A stretch of DNA of 64,000 nucleotides from Spirochaetia bacterium. Lineage in GTDB: Bacteria; Spirochaetota; Spirochaetia; DSM-2461. The notes under the pieces are model-generated. The model was given only the letters and a program-made list of their open reading frames with translations, was not told where the DNA came from and did no database searches. The stretch is taken from positions 992,001 to 1,056,000 of the forward strand of contig CAXXIA010000001.1 of assembly GCA_963666985.2 (NCBI GenBank). Reading direction: 5' to 3'. Shown here one piece after another: positions 51,475 through 62,081 of the stretch. The translations under genes were made by a program, and so were the position numbers. Numbering within the stretch: the stretch's first letter is position 1; every line of letters begins with the position of its first letter.

Positions 51475-52992
51475 ATGTCAACAAAAACAAACAACAATTT
51501 CAAATCCGTGAAGACGACAGGATCGACCAACGGCATTCTCAAGACCATTGGTCTTGTTGTCGTGGGACTGGCGATTGTCGGCCTGGTTTTCACTTCCGTA
51601 TTCACCGGGAAAGGCGGTTCGACCAATAAAATCGTATTCGGCAGTTACGGCAATAAAGAAATCGTATACCGATACGACAATGCCTTCGGCCGTGCCGTAG
51701 AAGATGAAATGTCCAAATACCGCAACAGCGTGGATGAGGACAACCAATTCTTCTCTTTCGTTCGGTATATGGCTTGGCAGCAGGCTTTCAATTCCATCGT
51801 CGTGAATACGGCGATTGAGTATCATCTGGCGGACAGCGGTTATGAAGTATCGTCCCGAGCCGTCGACCGCCGAATTGTTGAATACGGCCCTTATAGAACA
51901 TCCGGTGAGTTCGATGAGGAAAAATACAGATCCGCTTCCGCCTCTCAGAAAGCCTCGGTTCGTGAACGGTTTAAAGAACAAATGACATTGGAAACTTGGA
52001 GTTCCGATGTTATCGACGGTCAGTACCATTCTCAGACACAATACGATTTTCTCGCGGAAATGAGGGCAGCGGTAAAAAGCTATCGGTACATAACCATCCC
52101 ATTTTCCGAATTCCCGGAAGAAAAAGTCATTGAATATGCTCAAGAGAACTCCGAATTATTTTCTCGAATGCCTGTCAGCCGTATAACCGTTAAAGAGGAA
52201 AAAGAAGCCGAAGAGATTCTCGGACTCTATGAAGAAAAACGCCGGGAAATGAATGCTTTCTCATCCCTCGCCGTCGAACATTCGGACGATGCTTATGCCG
52301 ATAACGGCGGATCCATGGGTGAAACCGATTATTTCAGTTTGACCGAAATCATCGGTAAGGATCATACCGATACCGTCTTTTCACTCTCGGAAGGCGATGT
52401 CGCCGGCCCCTTTGAAACCGAGTACGGATGGATGATTTTCCGTGCCGACGGAGAGCGCATGGAATCCGACCCGGCTTCACGAGTTAAAGATATCCGGACC
52501 TATATGCTTCAGAATGAAGTCGGCATTATTGAAGATGCCATGCTCGCCGCCGCATCCGACCTCAGAGAAAAAGCCGTTTCGTCGGATTCGTTTTCAACGG
52601 TCATGGAATCCGAAGGCTACACGGTTGAAACAACAGGCACTTTCCCTGTTAATTTCGGCGGCGATTCACTTCTCGGCGGATCACCCGAAGACGGCGGTGA
52701 TCCCGCTCTTTCGGGAACGGCTTCATCCGAGGATTTTTGGAATAAGATCGTCTCTCTCGATCGTATCGGCGAGGTTTCCCAGCCCATTGTTCTCACCGAT
52801 GCCGTCGGTCTGTTTTCTCTGGCCGAGACCGAAACCCTTGAAAATCTCGATTATTGGAAAGATCTGGTGAATTATGAAATTACACGGTCGAGGCAATCCG
52901 ATTTTAATCAAGCCGTTATGAATGACGATTCAGGCTTATTTAAAAACGAATTCAGCGAGACCTACGACGGTATTTTCAAAGTTCAAGGATAA
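51475..52992 (+). CDS. PpiD/SurA-like parvulin peptidyl-prolyl isomerase
   Basis: N-terminal TM, SurA-N-like region, FSSLAVEHSDD..NGGSMG, GPFETEYGW. Confidence 0.85.
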   Translation: MSTKTNNNFKSVKTTGSTNGILKTIGLVVVGLAIVGLVFTSVFTGKGGSTNKIVFGSYGNKEIVYRYDNAFGRAVEDEMSKYRNSVDEDNQFFSFVRYMAWQQAFNSIVVNTAIEYHLADSGYEVSSRAVDRRIVEYGPYRTSGEFDEEKYRSASASQKASVRERFKEQMTLETWSSDVIDGQYHSQTQYDFLAEMRAAVKSYRYITIPFSEFPEEKVIEYAQENSELFSRMPVSRITVKEEKEAEEILGLYEEKRREMNAFSSLAVEHSDDAYADNGGSMGETDYFSLTEIIGKDHTDTVFSLSEGDVAGPFETEYGWMIFRADGERMESDPASRVKDIRTYMLQNEVGIIEDAMLAAASDLREKAVSSDSFSTVMESEGYTVETTGTFPVNFGGDSLLGGSPEDGGDPALSGTASSEDFWNKIVSLDRIGEVSQPIVLTDAVGLFSLAETETLENLDYWKDLVNYEITRSRQSDFNQAVMNDDSGLFKNEFSETYDGIFKVQG

Positions 52993-52993
52993 C

Positions 52994-54646
52994 ATGAGCG
53001 CAACCCGGCTGGAAATGACGGACCGGGGGCCGACCGTCATTCATGACGGGCGCTATTTGTATTCAAAGCGCGATCCTGTTCGGACTCCCGAGAGGATCGC
53101 GCAAACCGTTCCCGGAGAAGAACGCTGTCTGTATCTTCTCCCTTCGCCGCTTCTCGGATATGGATTGGAGATTCTCGCCGAGAGGATTCCTGAAAATTCC
53201 TTGATTCTCGCGTTTGAATTCTCCATCGAAATATTCGCTCTTTGTACCCCTGAAATACCGCAGAGGCTTCTGAATCATCCCTTAATCGAATGGGCCAGAC
53301 TTTCCGACACCCCATCCATGGCCGTTCTTCTGGATCGAATCGGTTTATGGAAATTCAGACGGATTAAACGCGTCGATATAAACGGCGGGGTTTCCGTTCA
53401 TCCCGAGCTCTATAATTCTCTCTGTGACTTCGCCGAAGGGCGTCTTGTGAATTATTGGAAGAACAGGCATACCCTGGGAAGGATGGGGCGAAGCTGGATA
53501 CGGCATTTATTTTCCAATCTGATCGCCGCCTCAAGGGCCGACTTAACTCCCGGAAAATCCTTTTCGGGACCATCTTCACAAATGACCGTTATCGTCGGCG
53601 CCGGTCCTTCACTCGATGAGAGTCTGACTTTTCTAAAGCAGCACAGAAAACTCATCCGAATCATCAGTACCGATACGGCATTGTCTTCTCTTCTTTCATC
53701 GGGGATTCGTCCCGATGCCGTGTCCATTTTGGAAACTCAAGCCTGGAATCTGCTTGATTTCCACGGAGCGGTCAACAGCGAAATCCCTCTTCTTGCGGAC
53801 ATGACCTCCTACCCTCCTTCAATGACCGTTACCGGCGGACCGCTGATACCTTTTTCAACCGCTTTTGCCGAATTGAATCTTTTCGACCGATTAAAGAAAG
53901 CGGATTTACGTCCGATGCCGCTGGCCCCGCTGGGTTCCGTAGGACTCTCATCCGTCGAATTGGCCATCCGTCTTTTCTCCGGTCCCATTCTTCTTGTCGG
54001 AATCGATTTCGGATATATGCCGGGGAAAAGTCACGCAAGAGGCACTTCCGTCCATCAATGGCAGCTTATAACTCGGAATCGCACGGATCCGTATCCGGGA
54101 TTCCATGCATCGGTGCTCAGGCCGAAAATCATGGCCCGAGATGCTCAAAAAAAGCCTTATCGTACGGACGGTGTTCTTAAGGGTTATGCCGATCTTTTTA
54201 TCGATTGTTATGCGAAAGATGAAAGAATATTTGTTCTGGAACCCGGCGGGATAGACCTTTCGCGGCCCCTGATAAGCGCATCCGAAGCCGCCGAACTCGC
54301 ATGGAAGGCCGCAAGTCAAGAGACGCATCCCCCGGCGGTTGACCGTGAAAAGCAAAACAAGAATTCCTTCACTCCCGAACCGGAACCGGTGCTTCCGCAA
54401 TCCGCGGCCGCTGATTTTCTCAGAGGTGAACGTGAACGCTTCAACAAGGTTATCGAGGCCTGGGATTGCTATGCGTTAAAGCAAGGATCATCCGAAGCGA
54501 TCGTAAAAGCCCTCGGCCAAATTGATTATATATACTGTGATTTTCCCGATGATCCGCCTCTCCCAAAAGACGAGACATCCTTTCTCGTCAGAGCCGTCAA
54601 ACGGGTGAGAGAATTAAAAAGACTGATGGAACGATCCGGCATCTGA
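52994..54646 (+). CDS. Maf/DUF115 (MptE-like) family protein
   Basis: YLYSKRDP, SPLLGYG, IVGAGPSLD, TDTAL, GIRPD, GSV, LVGIDFGY..GKSHA. Confidence 0.8.
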   Translation: MSATRLEMTDRGPTVIHDGRYLYSKRDPVRTPERIAQTVPGEERCLYLLPSPLLGYGLEILAERIPENSLILAFEFSIEIFALCTPEIPQRLLNHPLIEWARLSDTPSMAVLLDRIGLWKFRRIKRVDINGGVSVHPELYNSLCDFAEGRLVNYWKNRHTLGRMGRSWIRHLFSNLIAASRADLTPGKSFSGPSSQMTVIVGAGPSLDESLTFLKQHRKLIRIISTDTALSSLLSSGIRPDAVSILETQAWNLLDFHGAVNSEIPLLADMTSYPPSMTVTGGPLIPFSTAFAELNLFDRLKKADLRPMPLAPLGSVGLSSVELAIRLFSGPILLVGIDFGYMPGKSHARGTSVHQWQLITRNRTDPYPGFHASVLRPKIMARDAQKKPYRTDGVLKGYADLFIDCYAKDERIFVLEPGGIDLSRPLISASEAAELAWKAASQETHPPAVDREKQNKNSFTPEPEPVLPQSAAADFLRGERERFNKVIEAWDCYALKQGSSEAIVKALGQIDYIYCDFPDDPPLPKDETSFLVRAVKRVRELKRLMERSGI

Positions 54647-54734
54647 GGTTTCGGCTGTCGGAAGACTTCGGCTCTTTGGATGAATTCTCAAAAATTAACC
54701 GAGCTTGATCCGACGCCGTTCGCTGAGAATCCAA

Positions 54735-56549
54735 TCAGGAATCATCATCATCGGTTTTTAAGACGGCGAGGAAAGCGCTCTGCGGCAGCTCCACGTTGCC
54801 GACCATCTTCATGCGCTTTTTGCCTTCTTTCTGCTTTTCAAGCAGCTTGCGCTTTCGAGAAATATCACCGCCGTAACATTTGGCCGTAACATCTTTTCGA
54901 AGCGCACTGATGGTTTCCCTGGCAATAATGCCGCCGCCGATGGCCGCCTGAATGGGGATTTTGAACTGCTGGCGGGGAATCTCGTTCCGCAGCTTCTTAC
55001 AGACCAGTCTTCCCCGGCTTTGAGCATTCTCTCTGAAAACCAGCTGGCTTAAGGCGTCCACAGGATCACCGTTGACCAAAATGTCCATTTTAACCAAATC
55101 GGTCCGCTGATATTCGGTAACCTCGTAATCGAAAGACGCGTATCCTCGGCTGACCGACTTCAGTTTATCGTAGAAATCGAAAAGCACTTCACCGAGGGGC
55201 ATGTCGTAAATCAGTTCCACCCTCTTTTCATCCAGATAAGTCATATCCCGCTGAACGCCTCTCTTATTCAAACAGAGCGTCATCAAGGGGCCGAGGTATT
55301 CCGTAGGTGTGATGATGGTGGCTTTGATATAAGGCTCTTCAGATCCCTCTATACTGCCCGGGTCGGGGAAGTTCGCCGGATTGTCGAGCATATAGGGATC
55401 ACCTTTTTTCGGAATGATCTTATAGCGGACGGACGGACTTGTCAGAACGATGTTCAGACCGAATTCCCGTTCAAGCCGTTCTTGCACGACTTCCAAATGA
55501 AGCAGTCCCAGAAAGCCGCATCGGAAACCGAATCCCAGCGCCGCCGAGGAATCCTTTTCCCAAACCAGCGAGGCGTCGTTGAGCTTCAGCTTGTCCAAAG
55601 CCGTATGCAGTTCCTCGTACTGATCCGTATCCACGGGATAAATCGATGAAAAAACCACGGGCTTGACTTCGCGGAAGCCCGAGAGCGGCTTTTCGGACGG
55701 ACGCGATGCATCCGTTACCGTATCACCGACCCTGATATCCCTGATGGTTTTAATACCGGCGATGAACCAGCCGACATCTCCGGCGTCCAGGCGGCCCGTC
55801 CGTTTAAGACTGAGACGGAATTCTCCAACCTCTTCCACTTTGTAATCAACACCGCCGGCCATAAGACGGATCACACTGCCTTCCTTCAAGGAACCGTCGA
55901 AAACGCGGATATGTATGATAACGCCTCGATAAGGATCGTAGTGGGAATCGAAAATCAGCGCTTTCAGTGAGGCGCTTCGGTCGCCTTTCGGCGCGGGGAT
56001 ATATTCCACCAGGGAATTCAGGAGTTGCAAGACGCCTTCTCCGGTTTTCGCCGAAACCGGAACCGCCATCTCGCCGATAAGTCCCAGATCATGATCAATC
56101 TGGTGCCTAACGGCTTCGATATCCGCGCTGGGAAGATCCATTTTATTCACGACCGGCAGAATTTCCAAATCGTGTTCGAGCGCCATGTACATATTGGAAA
56201 TCGTCTGTGCTTCAACACCTTGGGTGGCATCGATCAGCAGCAGCGCCCCTTCACAGGAGGCAATGGCTCTGCTCACTTCGTAGGAGAAATCCACATGCCC
56301 CGGAGTGTCGACGAGATTCAGCCTGTATTTAGCTCCGTCCGCGGCCTCGAAATCGATGGTGACCGCCTGGCTTTTTATCGTAATGCCGCGCTCCTGCTCA
56401 ATGTCCATGGAATCGAGCATTTGATTGTGAAACTCCCGATCGGAGACCATGTGGGCGTGCTGGAGAAATCTGTCCGCGAGAGTCGATTTTCCATGATCAA
56501 TATGCGCAATGATGCAGAAATTTCGTGTGTGTGACTGATCCGTGGCCAT
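54735..56549 (-). CDS. lepA: Translation elongation factor 4
   Basis: RNFCIIAHIDHGKSTLADR, DTPGHVDF, GFRCGFLGLLH, KCYGGDISRK; start trimmed to ATG 56549. Confidence 0.98.
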   Translation of the reverse strand: MATDQSHTRNFCIIAHIDHGKSTLADRFLQHAHMVSDREFHNQMLDSMDIEQERGITIKSQAVTIDFEAADGAKYRLNLVDTPGHVDFSYEVSRAIASCEGALLLIDATQGVEAQTISNMYMALEHDLEILPVVNKMDLPSADIEAVRHQIDHDLGLIGEMAVPVSAKTGEGVLQLLNSLVEYIPAPKGDRSASLKALIFDSHYDPYRGVIIHIRVFDGSLKEGSVIRLMAGGVDYKVEEVGEFRLSLKRTGRLDAGDVGWFIAGIKTIRDIRVGDTVTDASRPSEKPLSGFREVKPVVFSSIYPVDTDQYEELHTALDKLKLNDASLVWEKDSSAALGFGFRCGFLGLLHLEVVQERLEREFGLNIVLTSPSVRYKIIPKKGDPYMLDNPANFPDPGSIEGSEEPYIKATIITPTEYLGPLMTLCLNKRGVQRDMTYLDEKRVELIYDMPLGEVLFDFYDKLKSVSRGYASFDYEVTEYQRTDLVKMDILVNGDPVDALSQLVFRENAQSRGRLVCKKLRNEIPRQQFKIPIQAAIGGGIIARETISALRKDVTAKCYGGDISRKRKLLEKQKEGKKRMKMVGNVELPQSAFLAVLKTDDDDS

Positions 56550-56659
56550 GGAGGCGATTATAGCGGGAGCGATTGACTGTGTCGACGAGGCTGGAGGCAC
56601 GAAACTCTCCATCGAAGATCCGCACCTCTTAGAGCCCGATTACCCGGTTCCCGGAGTCT

Positions 56660-58417
56660 CTAAAAAACCGTATTAACATCCAGATAAGAAGCAATCTGAA
56701 CGGCTGATTCCAGGAATCCCGCTTTTCTCCCCTTCAGGACGATTTGTATGGCCACGATATCGTACTCTTCATCATGAATCCATTTTCGCAAGGAAAAGGT
56801 ATCTCCGGGCATAAAACCGGTTTCATCGGCGATGGAACCGGGAAGGACGGAAACGACTCTGTAATTCTGATTAATCCCGCTCCCGCTGATACGTTCCAGA
56901 GTAAATCCGAAAAGCGGAGTAAGTAAATGTTCTCTCGCATCTCTTGTCAAAGCCGTTTTCAAAGGGACATCCGGTCGTACTCCCAAGGCGGCCGTCCCTG
57001 TAATGCCGGCGCCGTCTCTCTCCCACTCCAAAGAAACCAGAGTGGCGGGAAGAGTGGTTACCAGATACTCCTGAAGCTTTTTTATCGTTCTAAACGGAAT
57101 GCCGTTTACCGATGATATGACATCTCCTGCGAGGATTCCGGCATCGGACGCGGGCGATCCGGGAACAACGTATGTCGCCTCGATTCGGCCTCCGTGGTCC
57201 CATGCCGCGATTCCGAGCCAGGGGATTTCGACATTCCCGCCGTCGTAGAGCAACGGAAGAAGTTCTTTGGCGTATTCGCCCGGTATGGCGAAATTCACGC
57301 CTTCGAAGTCCTGGACTCCCGCAAAGACAACGCCGATAACCTCCCCGTTTCCATTAAGAAGCGGCCCGCCGCTGTTTCCCGGATTGATGGGAACATCAAT
57401 CTGCAGCGATCCCGCCATCGGCTGAACAGAACGGGCGTAGGCCGAAACGGTTCCCGAAGTGAGCGTTCTGGTCAGACCGCCCGGCGAACCGATGGCATAG
57501 ATATTCTCACCCAAATCGGGCGAATCCTTTCCGGAAAAACTGAATACATAGGGAACATCCATTTCCGTTTTCAGCAATGCCAGATCAAAATTTTTGTCGT
57601 ATCCGATCACTTTCGCCGGAATACGTTCGCCGGATTCATCGTCGGTTTTGATATACAGCCTGGAATATCCCTGATAGGTCGGATCGACTTCACTTTCAAT
57701 AACATGATAATTCGTAAGAATGTAGCCTTCGGGATCAATAAAAAAACCGGAGCCTATTCCCCTATCCGGGATTCCGACATTCCCGACCAGCCGTATTCCC
57801 CGATTCACCCAAACCGTAACGGTGCCTTGAAGCAACGGCTTCATTCCCGGTGATTCGGCTTTATCATTTCCGAGAAGCAAATCCGCGGCGGTTTTATGCC
57901 CGAGATTTTGGAATTCCCGGGCAAGTTCCGTACGGATTTCAGGCTGAAGCGAATCGATATCGATTTTCGTTTGAACAAGAACAGCCGCGGCACCGCTTTT
58001 TCCATCTTCAAGATAGGAACGGATGCCATCGAGGATTATCTGCTGTTCGGTAATATCTCCCGAAGCTTCACTGATGTCCAAAACGTCAAAAGACCTGAGA
58101 TAAACAAGAGAACGGCGCCAATCCCCGTCGGTTCGCGCGGCTCCCCATTCGGCCTTTAATCCCGCGACGGCCTGATTATAGAATTTCGAGACATCTTCGC
58201 CTTGACGAATTTTACCGTCTATAAGAGGAATGGCTCTCAGGTTGTCACCTTCTTCAATGAGCCGTTCAATCCGTTCCAGGGAGATGTCGCCCGAAGAGAA
58301 AAACTGGCTGTTTTCTTCCGAAGGGATCGAACGGCACGAATTCAGAAGAAAGAAAATAATGACGATAGAGAAAAATACGGCCGCTTTTTGAGGCTTATGA
58401 AATAAAAATACCTGCAT
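56660..58417 (-). CDS. S1C serine protease lipoprotein with PDZ domain(s)
   Basis: LLNS-C lipobox-like site, GSGFF..TNYHVI, DLALLK, INPGNSGG, PDZ. Confidence 0.88.
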   Translation of the reverse strand: MQVFLFHKPQKAAVFFSIVIIFFLLNSCRSIPSEENSQFFSSGDISLERIERLIEEGDNLRAIPLIDGKIRQGEDVSKFYNQAVAGLKAEWGAARTDGDWRRSLVYLRSFDVLDISEASGDITEQQIILDGIRSYLEDGKSGAAAVLVQTKIDIDSLQPEIRTELAREFQNLGHKTAADLLLGNDKAESPGMKPLLQGTVTVWVNRGIRLVGNVGIPDRGIGSGFFIDPEGYILTNYHVIESEVDPTYQGYSRLYIKTDDESGERIPAKVIGYDKNFDLALLKTEMDVPYVFSFSGKDSPDLGENIYAIGSPGGLTRTLTSGTVSAYARSVQPMAGSLQIDVPINPGNSGGPLLNGNGEVIGVVFAGVQDFEGVNFAIPGEYAKELLPLLYDGGNVEIPWLGIAAWDHGGRIEATYVVPGSPASDAGILAGDVISSVNGIPFRTIKKLQEYLVTTLPATLVSLEWERDGAGITGTAALGVRPDVPLKTALTRDAREHLLTPLFGFTLERISGSGINQNYRVVSVLPGSIADETGFMPGDTFSLRKWIHDEEYDIVAIQIVLKGRKAGFLESAVQIASYLDVNTVF

Positions 58418-60195
58418 TACTTATCCCAAGGTGTCCAATCGGAGGCTTTCCAGGGGAAAAGATCTTCAACCCCGGCCTCCGTAATCATTAATTCGGAAGT
58501 CGATTCACTGCCGTCGGGCAAGAGAAATCGTCTTGCATCCATCCATTCATCTCCATTCAAATCCCAGGCCTGGATTTCAAAAAAACTCTCCAGGGCCCAA
58601 TCTTTCATATATAACGGTACTCCCGTTTCTCCGGGATCCCAAGCGAGACCGACCATTTTTCCGTTCTCATAGCGCTCGTAGATTTCCCAGATTCTTTTTT
58701 CGGGATTCTCCCGCGAAGTACCGAATGATCTGCGGGCGGCCGCCGGAATACCGTCCCTGTAGAGAATCTGACGCGTCCAAACGGGATGATCCGGATTTTC
58801 ATTCAAAAAACCCGATTCCTGCGCGAATATGGGATACCCTCCGGATAATGTCGTTTTGGCCCGCACAAATCCTTCTTCCGCGGTTTCCTCAACGGTAACA
58901 TTTCGGGCCGCTTCCCAGAATTCGGGGATATTCCAATGCGGCCCGGCCGGTTTTCCCCAATAAGGATTGCCGTTCGTCGGGTCCCATGAGAGAGCTCCGG
59001 GATTGAAGGAAACGGTTACGGCGGTCCGATCGTTTTTCGCCAAAACCGAAAGAATTTCGGGAAAGGCGTTTTTCTCATAATAAACCGATAGCCGTTCGTT
59101 ACCGTAAAGGACGAAAAACGGCCCCGAAGGATCGTATTCAAACTCCCATTCGTATCGGCCGTCCTGATCCGAATCAATCCGGCGGGAGTTAACCTTCCCG
59201 TTCACCATTCGAATCAGTTCCTCCGGGTATCCGTCGTAATTGGCGTCGGATGAGAGCAAGCCTGTAAAATTTTCATATTCCTTGGATAAATCGCATCCCA
59301 AACGTCTTGCCAGCGCCAAATCCCGGCCCGGAGGGGCGGCTGAAGGCCGGGAAACACCCGCCGAGATCCATCCCAAATCTTCAAGTACGGGGTGGTACTT
59401 CTCATCCAAGACACGCTTCAGCGCAGCCGTTTCATCAGCCGCGAAATATCCGGCAAGCAGCCAAGGAAGAAGAGCTTCCGACATTCCGGGCCATCTTCTT
59501 GATGTCGGTTCCGCTTGGATAAAAGCGTTCCGGTTTCCAGCGGCCATCGCCAAAGCGTGGAAGGCACTCATCGTCGATCCGAAATCATTTCCAAGCTCAT
59601 TTAAGTCCGTTGAAGAATCGGCCAGAGCTTCCCCTTTTAAGGCCAGTTCTCCCGCCCGTTCATCAAGCCCCAGATACAAGGAGGCTCTGGCCGCCGCGTA
59701 AATGAGAACCGGATCGTTCTTTTCCCCGCGAGGCCATTGGTCGTAGCGGTCTCCGAGGGCCCGATATTCTTTCAGCCTGAGAGCAAGAGAACTCCAAAGT
59801 ACGGCCCTTGAACGAAAATCGGTTATCCAAAAATCATTTTCTCCGGTTTTGTCCAATGCGAGAGCAAGTTGTTCATAGGCTTCCCGGAGAGCCGATTGTT
59901 CGGTTTCGGAAGTTTGATAACCGCCCAAAAGGAGTTTCGCTTCCAAATAGAAAAAGTCGGAATTCCCCGAAACAAATTCACCGGCGGTTTCCCAGGCTTT
60001 TCCGGCCTGTTCTAAGATTTCAGGATTTCCTTCAGAATCCGCCAGAAGATCCGAAGCCCGTTCCAGCCAAAGCCTGGCAACAACCGATTCGATATTCTCA
60101 TGTTCCTCATCCGCATAAAGAACCACCGATACGGCTGTTAAAAAAAGACAGAATAACAGTCTTCGATTCGGCAATCCCCGTCGGAGGTTCTTCAC
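58417..60195 (-). CDS. Exported hypothetical protein
   Basis: Signal peptide, helical N-half, DxNxDG-type motifs; coupled to ftsH and the protease gene. Confidence 0.75.
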   Translation of the reverse strand: MKNLRRGLPNRRLLFCLFLTAVSVVLYADEEHENIESVVARLWLERASDLLADSEGNPEILEQAGKAWETAGEFVSGNSDFFYLEAKLLLGGYQTSETEQSALREAYEQLALALDKTGENDFWITDFRSRAVLWSSLALRLKEYRALGDRYDQWPRGEKNDPVLIYAAARASLYLGLDERAGELALKGEALADSSTDLNELGNDFGSTMSAFHALAMAAGNRNAFIQAEPTSRRWPGMSEALLPWLLAGYFAADETAALKRVLDEKYHPVLEDLGWISAGVSRPSAAPPGRDLALARRLGCDLSKEYENFTGLLSSDANYDGYPEELIRMVNGKVNSRRIDSDQDGRYEWEFEYDPSGPFFVLYGNERLSVYYEKNAFPEILSVLAKNDRTAVTVSFNPGALSWDPTNGNPYWGKPAGPHWNIPEFWEAARNVTVEETAEEGFVRAKTTLSGGYPIFAQESGFLNENPDHPVWTRQILYRDGIPAAARRSFGTSRENPEKRIWEIYERYENGKMVGLAWDPGETGVPLYMKDWALESFFEIQAWDLNGDEWMDARRFLLPDGSESTSELMITEAGVEDLFPWKASDWTPWDK

Positions 60196-62081
60196 GTTGC
60201 GAAGGCCGTCCCTTTTTCATCAGGCAACTCGGATTCACTCATTTTTTTCACTTTTCCGGATTCCAAACCCCAAAGATCGCGGATTTCGGCATCATCAAGA
60301 GTTTCGCGCTCCATAAGAGCCTCGGTGAGGGAATCGAGTTTCTTTTTTTCCTTTTTGAGAATATCACGGGCCTTTTTTAAGGCCGTATTCAAAATGGAAC
60401 GGATTTCCTCGTCGATCATCCTGGCCGTATCATCGGAATAATCGGCATGCTGGGCAATTTCTTTGCCGATGAAAATAGGAGCGTCTCCGCTTCCGAAGGC
60501 AACCGGGCCGAGAGAACTCATCCCCCATTCGCAGACCATTTTTCTCGCCAGATCCGTCGCCTGCCGTATATCGCTCTGTGCTCCCGATGACGTCTCGCTG
60601 TAAATAAGTTCTTCCGCGGCATATCCCCCGTAGAGGACCGCGAGCTGAGCTTTCGCCATTCCCACGCCCTGACTGTAGCGGTCTTTCTCGGGAAGACTGA
60701 ACGTAACTCCCAGTGCTCGGCCTCTCGGGACGATTGTGACTTTGTGAATGGGATCGGCTTTTTCCTGGAAATAATGCAAAAGGGCGTGCCCGGCTTCATG
60801 ATAAGCGGTCATGCGCTTTTCATCTTCGCTCATCGCCAGACTGTGCCTGGCCGTGCCCATGAGTATTTTGTCGCGAGCTTCCTCGAAATCGCCCATAACA
60901 ACCCGTTCTCTTCCGGCTCTTCCGGCAAAAAGAGCCGCTTCATTAACGATGTTCGCGATATCGGCTCCGGAAGATCCCGGAGTTGCTCTGGCGACGACAC
61001 TCAAATCCACGTTTTGGGCCATGGTGATTTTCTTGGAGTGGATTCTCAGTATGGCTTCCCGTTCCTTAACATCCGGCATGGCCACGACGACCTGCCGATC
61101 GAATCTTCCGGGTCTGAGAAGCGCGGGATCCAAAACATCCGGACGGTTCGTGGCCGCGACAATAATAACGCCCTTATCCGTATCGAATCCGTCCATCTCC
61201 ACCAAAAGCTGGTTCAACGTCTGCTCCCGCTCGTCGTGGCCGCCTCCGTAGCCGGCGCCTCGGGTTCGGCCCACGGCGTCGATTTCATCGATGAACAGTA
61301 TGCAGGGAGCGTTTTTCCGTCCCTGTTCGAATAAATCCCGTACGCGGCTGGCTCCCACACCGACAAACATCTCGACAAAATCGGAGCCCGACATATGGAA
61401 AAACGGAACACCGGCCTCTCCGGCCACGGCCTTGGCCATCAGTGTTTTTCCGGTTCCCGGCTGCCCGACAAGGAGAACACCCTTGGGAATTTTCGCGCCG
61501 AGCCGAGTAAATCTTTCGGGGGATTTCAGAAACTCGACGATTTCCTCCAGTTCATATTTCGCTTCCTTCTGCCCCGCGACATCTTGGAAGGTTATTTTGT
61601 CTTTGGTTACATCGTAGCGCTTCGCCCGGCTTCTTCCGAAAGACATGGCGCCTTTACCGCCGCCCTGAACATTTCGGTACATCCAAATAATAAAACCGAA
61701 AAGCAGAAGAATCGGAAGAAGCTGAAGAAGAATGGAGCCGATGGAAACACCTTTTGTGTCGCCTCTTACGGTAACGCCGCTTTGTTCCAATGCCGGGAGA
61801 AGATTATCATCAAAATAGGGTATGATCGTTGTGAAGCCGACCGACCTGTTGTTCATGTCGTATCGCCTGCCCCTTATTTCCCTCATATCGAGTATCGTAA
61901 CCTTTTCGATATTGCCCGACTGAAGCTCGGCCATGAACTGAGAATAGGTAATTTCATCAACTCCGTTTGATTTTGTCAGGGAAACGAAAAAAAGAAACAG
62001 GATTACAAGTCCTGCTATGAGCAGGAACGCGGTGCGGTTGCCCATGTCGAAATGGGGTTTGTTGTCGTTTTTATCAGGCAT
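60192..62081 (-). CDS. ftsH: ATP-dependent zinc metalloprotease FtsH
   Basis: Two TMs, [31 protein letters not shown]. Confidence 0.97.
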   Translation of the reverse strand: MPDKNDNKPHFDMGNRTAFLLIAGLVILFLFFVSLTKSNGVDEITYSQFMAELQSGNIEKVTILDMREIRGRRYDMNNRSVGFTTIIPYFDDNLLPALEQSGVTVRGDTKGVSIGSILLQLLPILLLFGFIIWMYRNVQGGGKGAMSFGRSRAKRYDVTKDKITFQDVAGQKEAKYELEEIVEFLKSPERFTRLGAKIPKGVLLVGQPGTGKTLMAKAVAGEAGVPFFHMSGSDFVEMFVGVGASRVRDLFEQGRKNAPCILFIDEIDAVGRTRGAGYGGGHDEREQTLNQLLVEMDGFDTDKGVIIVAATNRPDVLDPALLRPGRFDRQVVVAMPDVKEREAILRIHSKKITMAQNVDLSVVARATPGSSGADIANIVNEAALFAGRAGRERVVMGDFEEARDKILMGTARHSLAMSEDEKRMTAYHEAGHALLHYFQEKADPIHKVTIVPRGRALGVTFSLPEKDRYSQGVGMAKAQLAVLYGGYAAEELIYSETSSGAQSDIRQATDLARKMVCEWGMSSLGPVAFGSGDAPIFIGKEIAQHADYSDDTARMIDEEIRSILNTALKKARDILKKEKKKLDSLTEALMERETLDDAEIRDLWGLESGKVKKMSESELPDEKGTAFAT

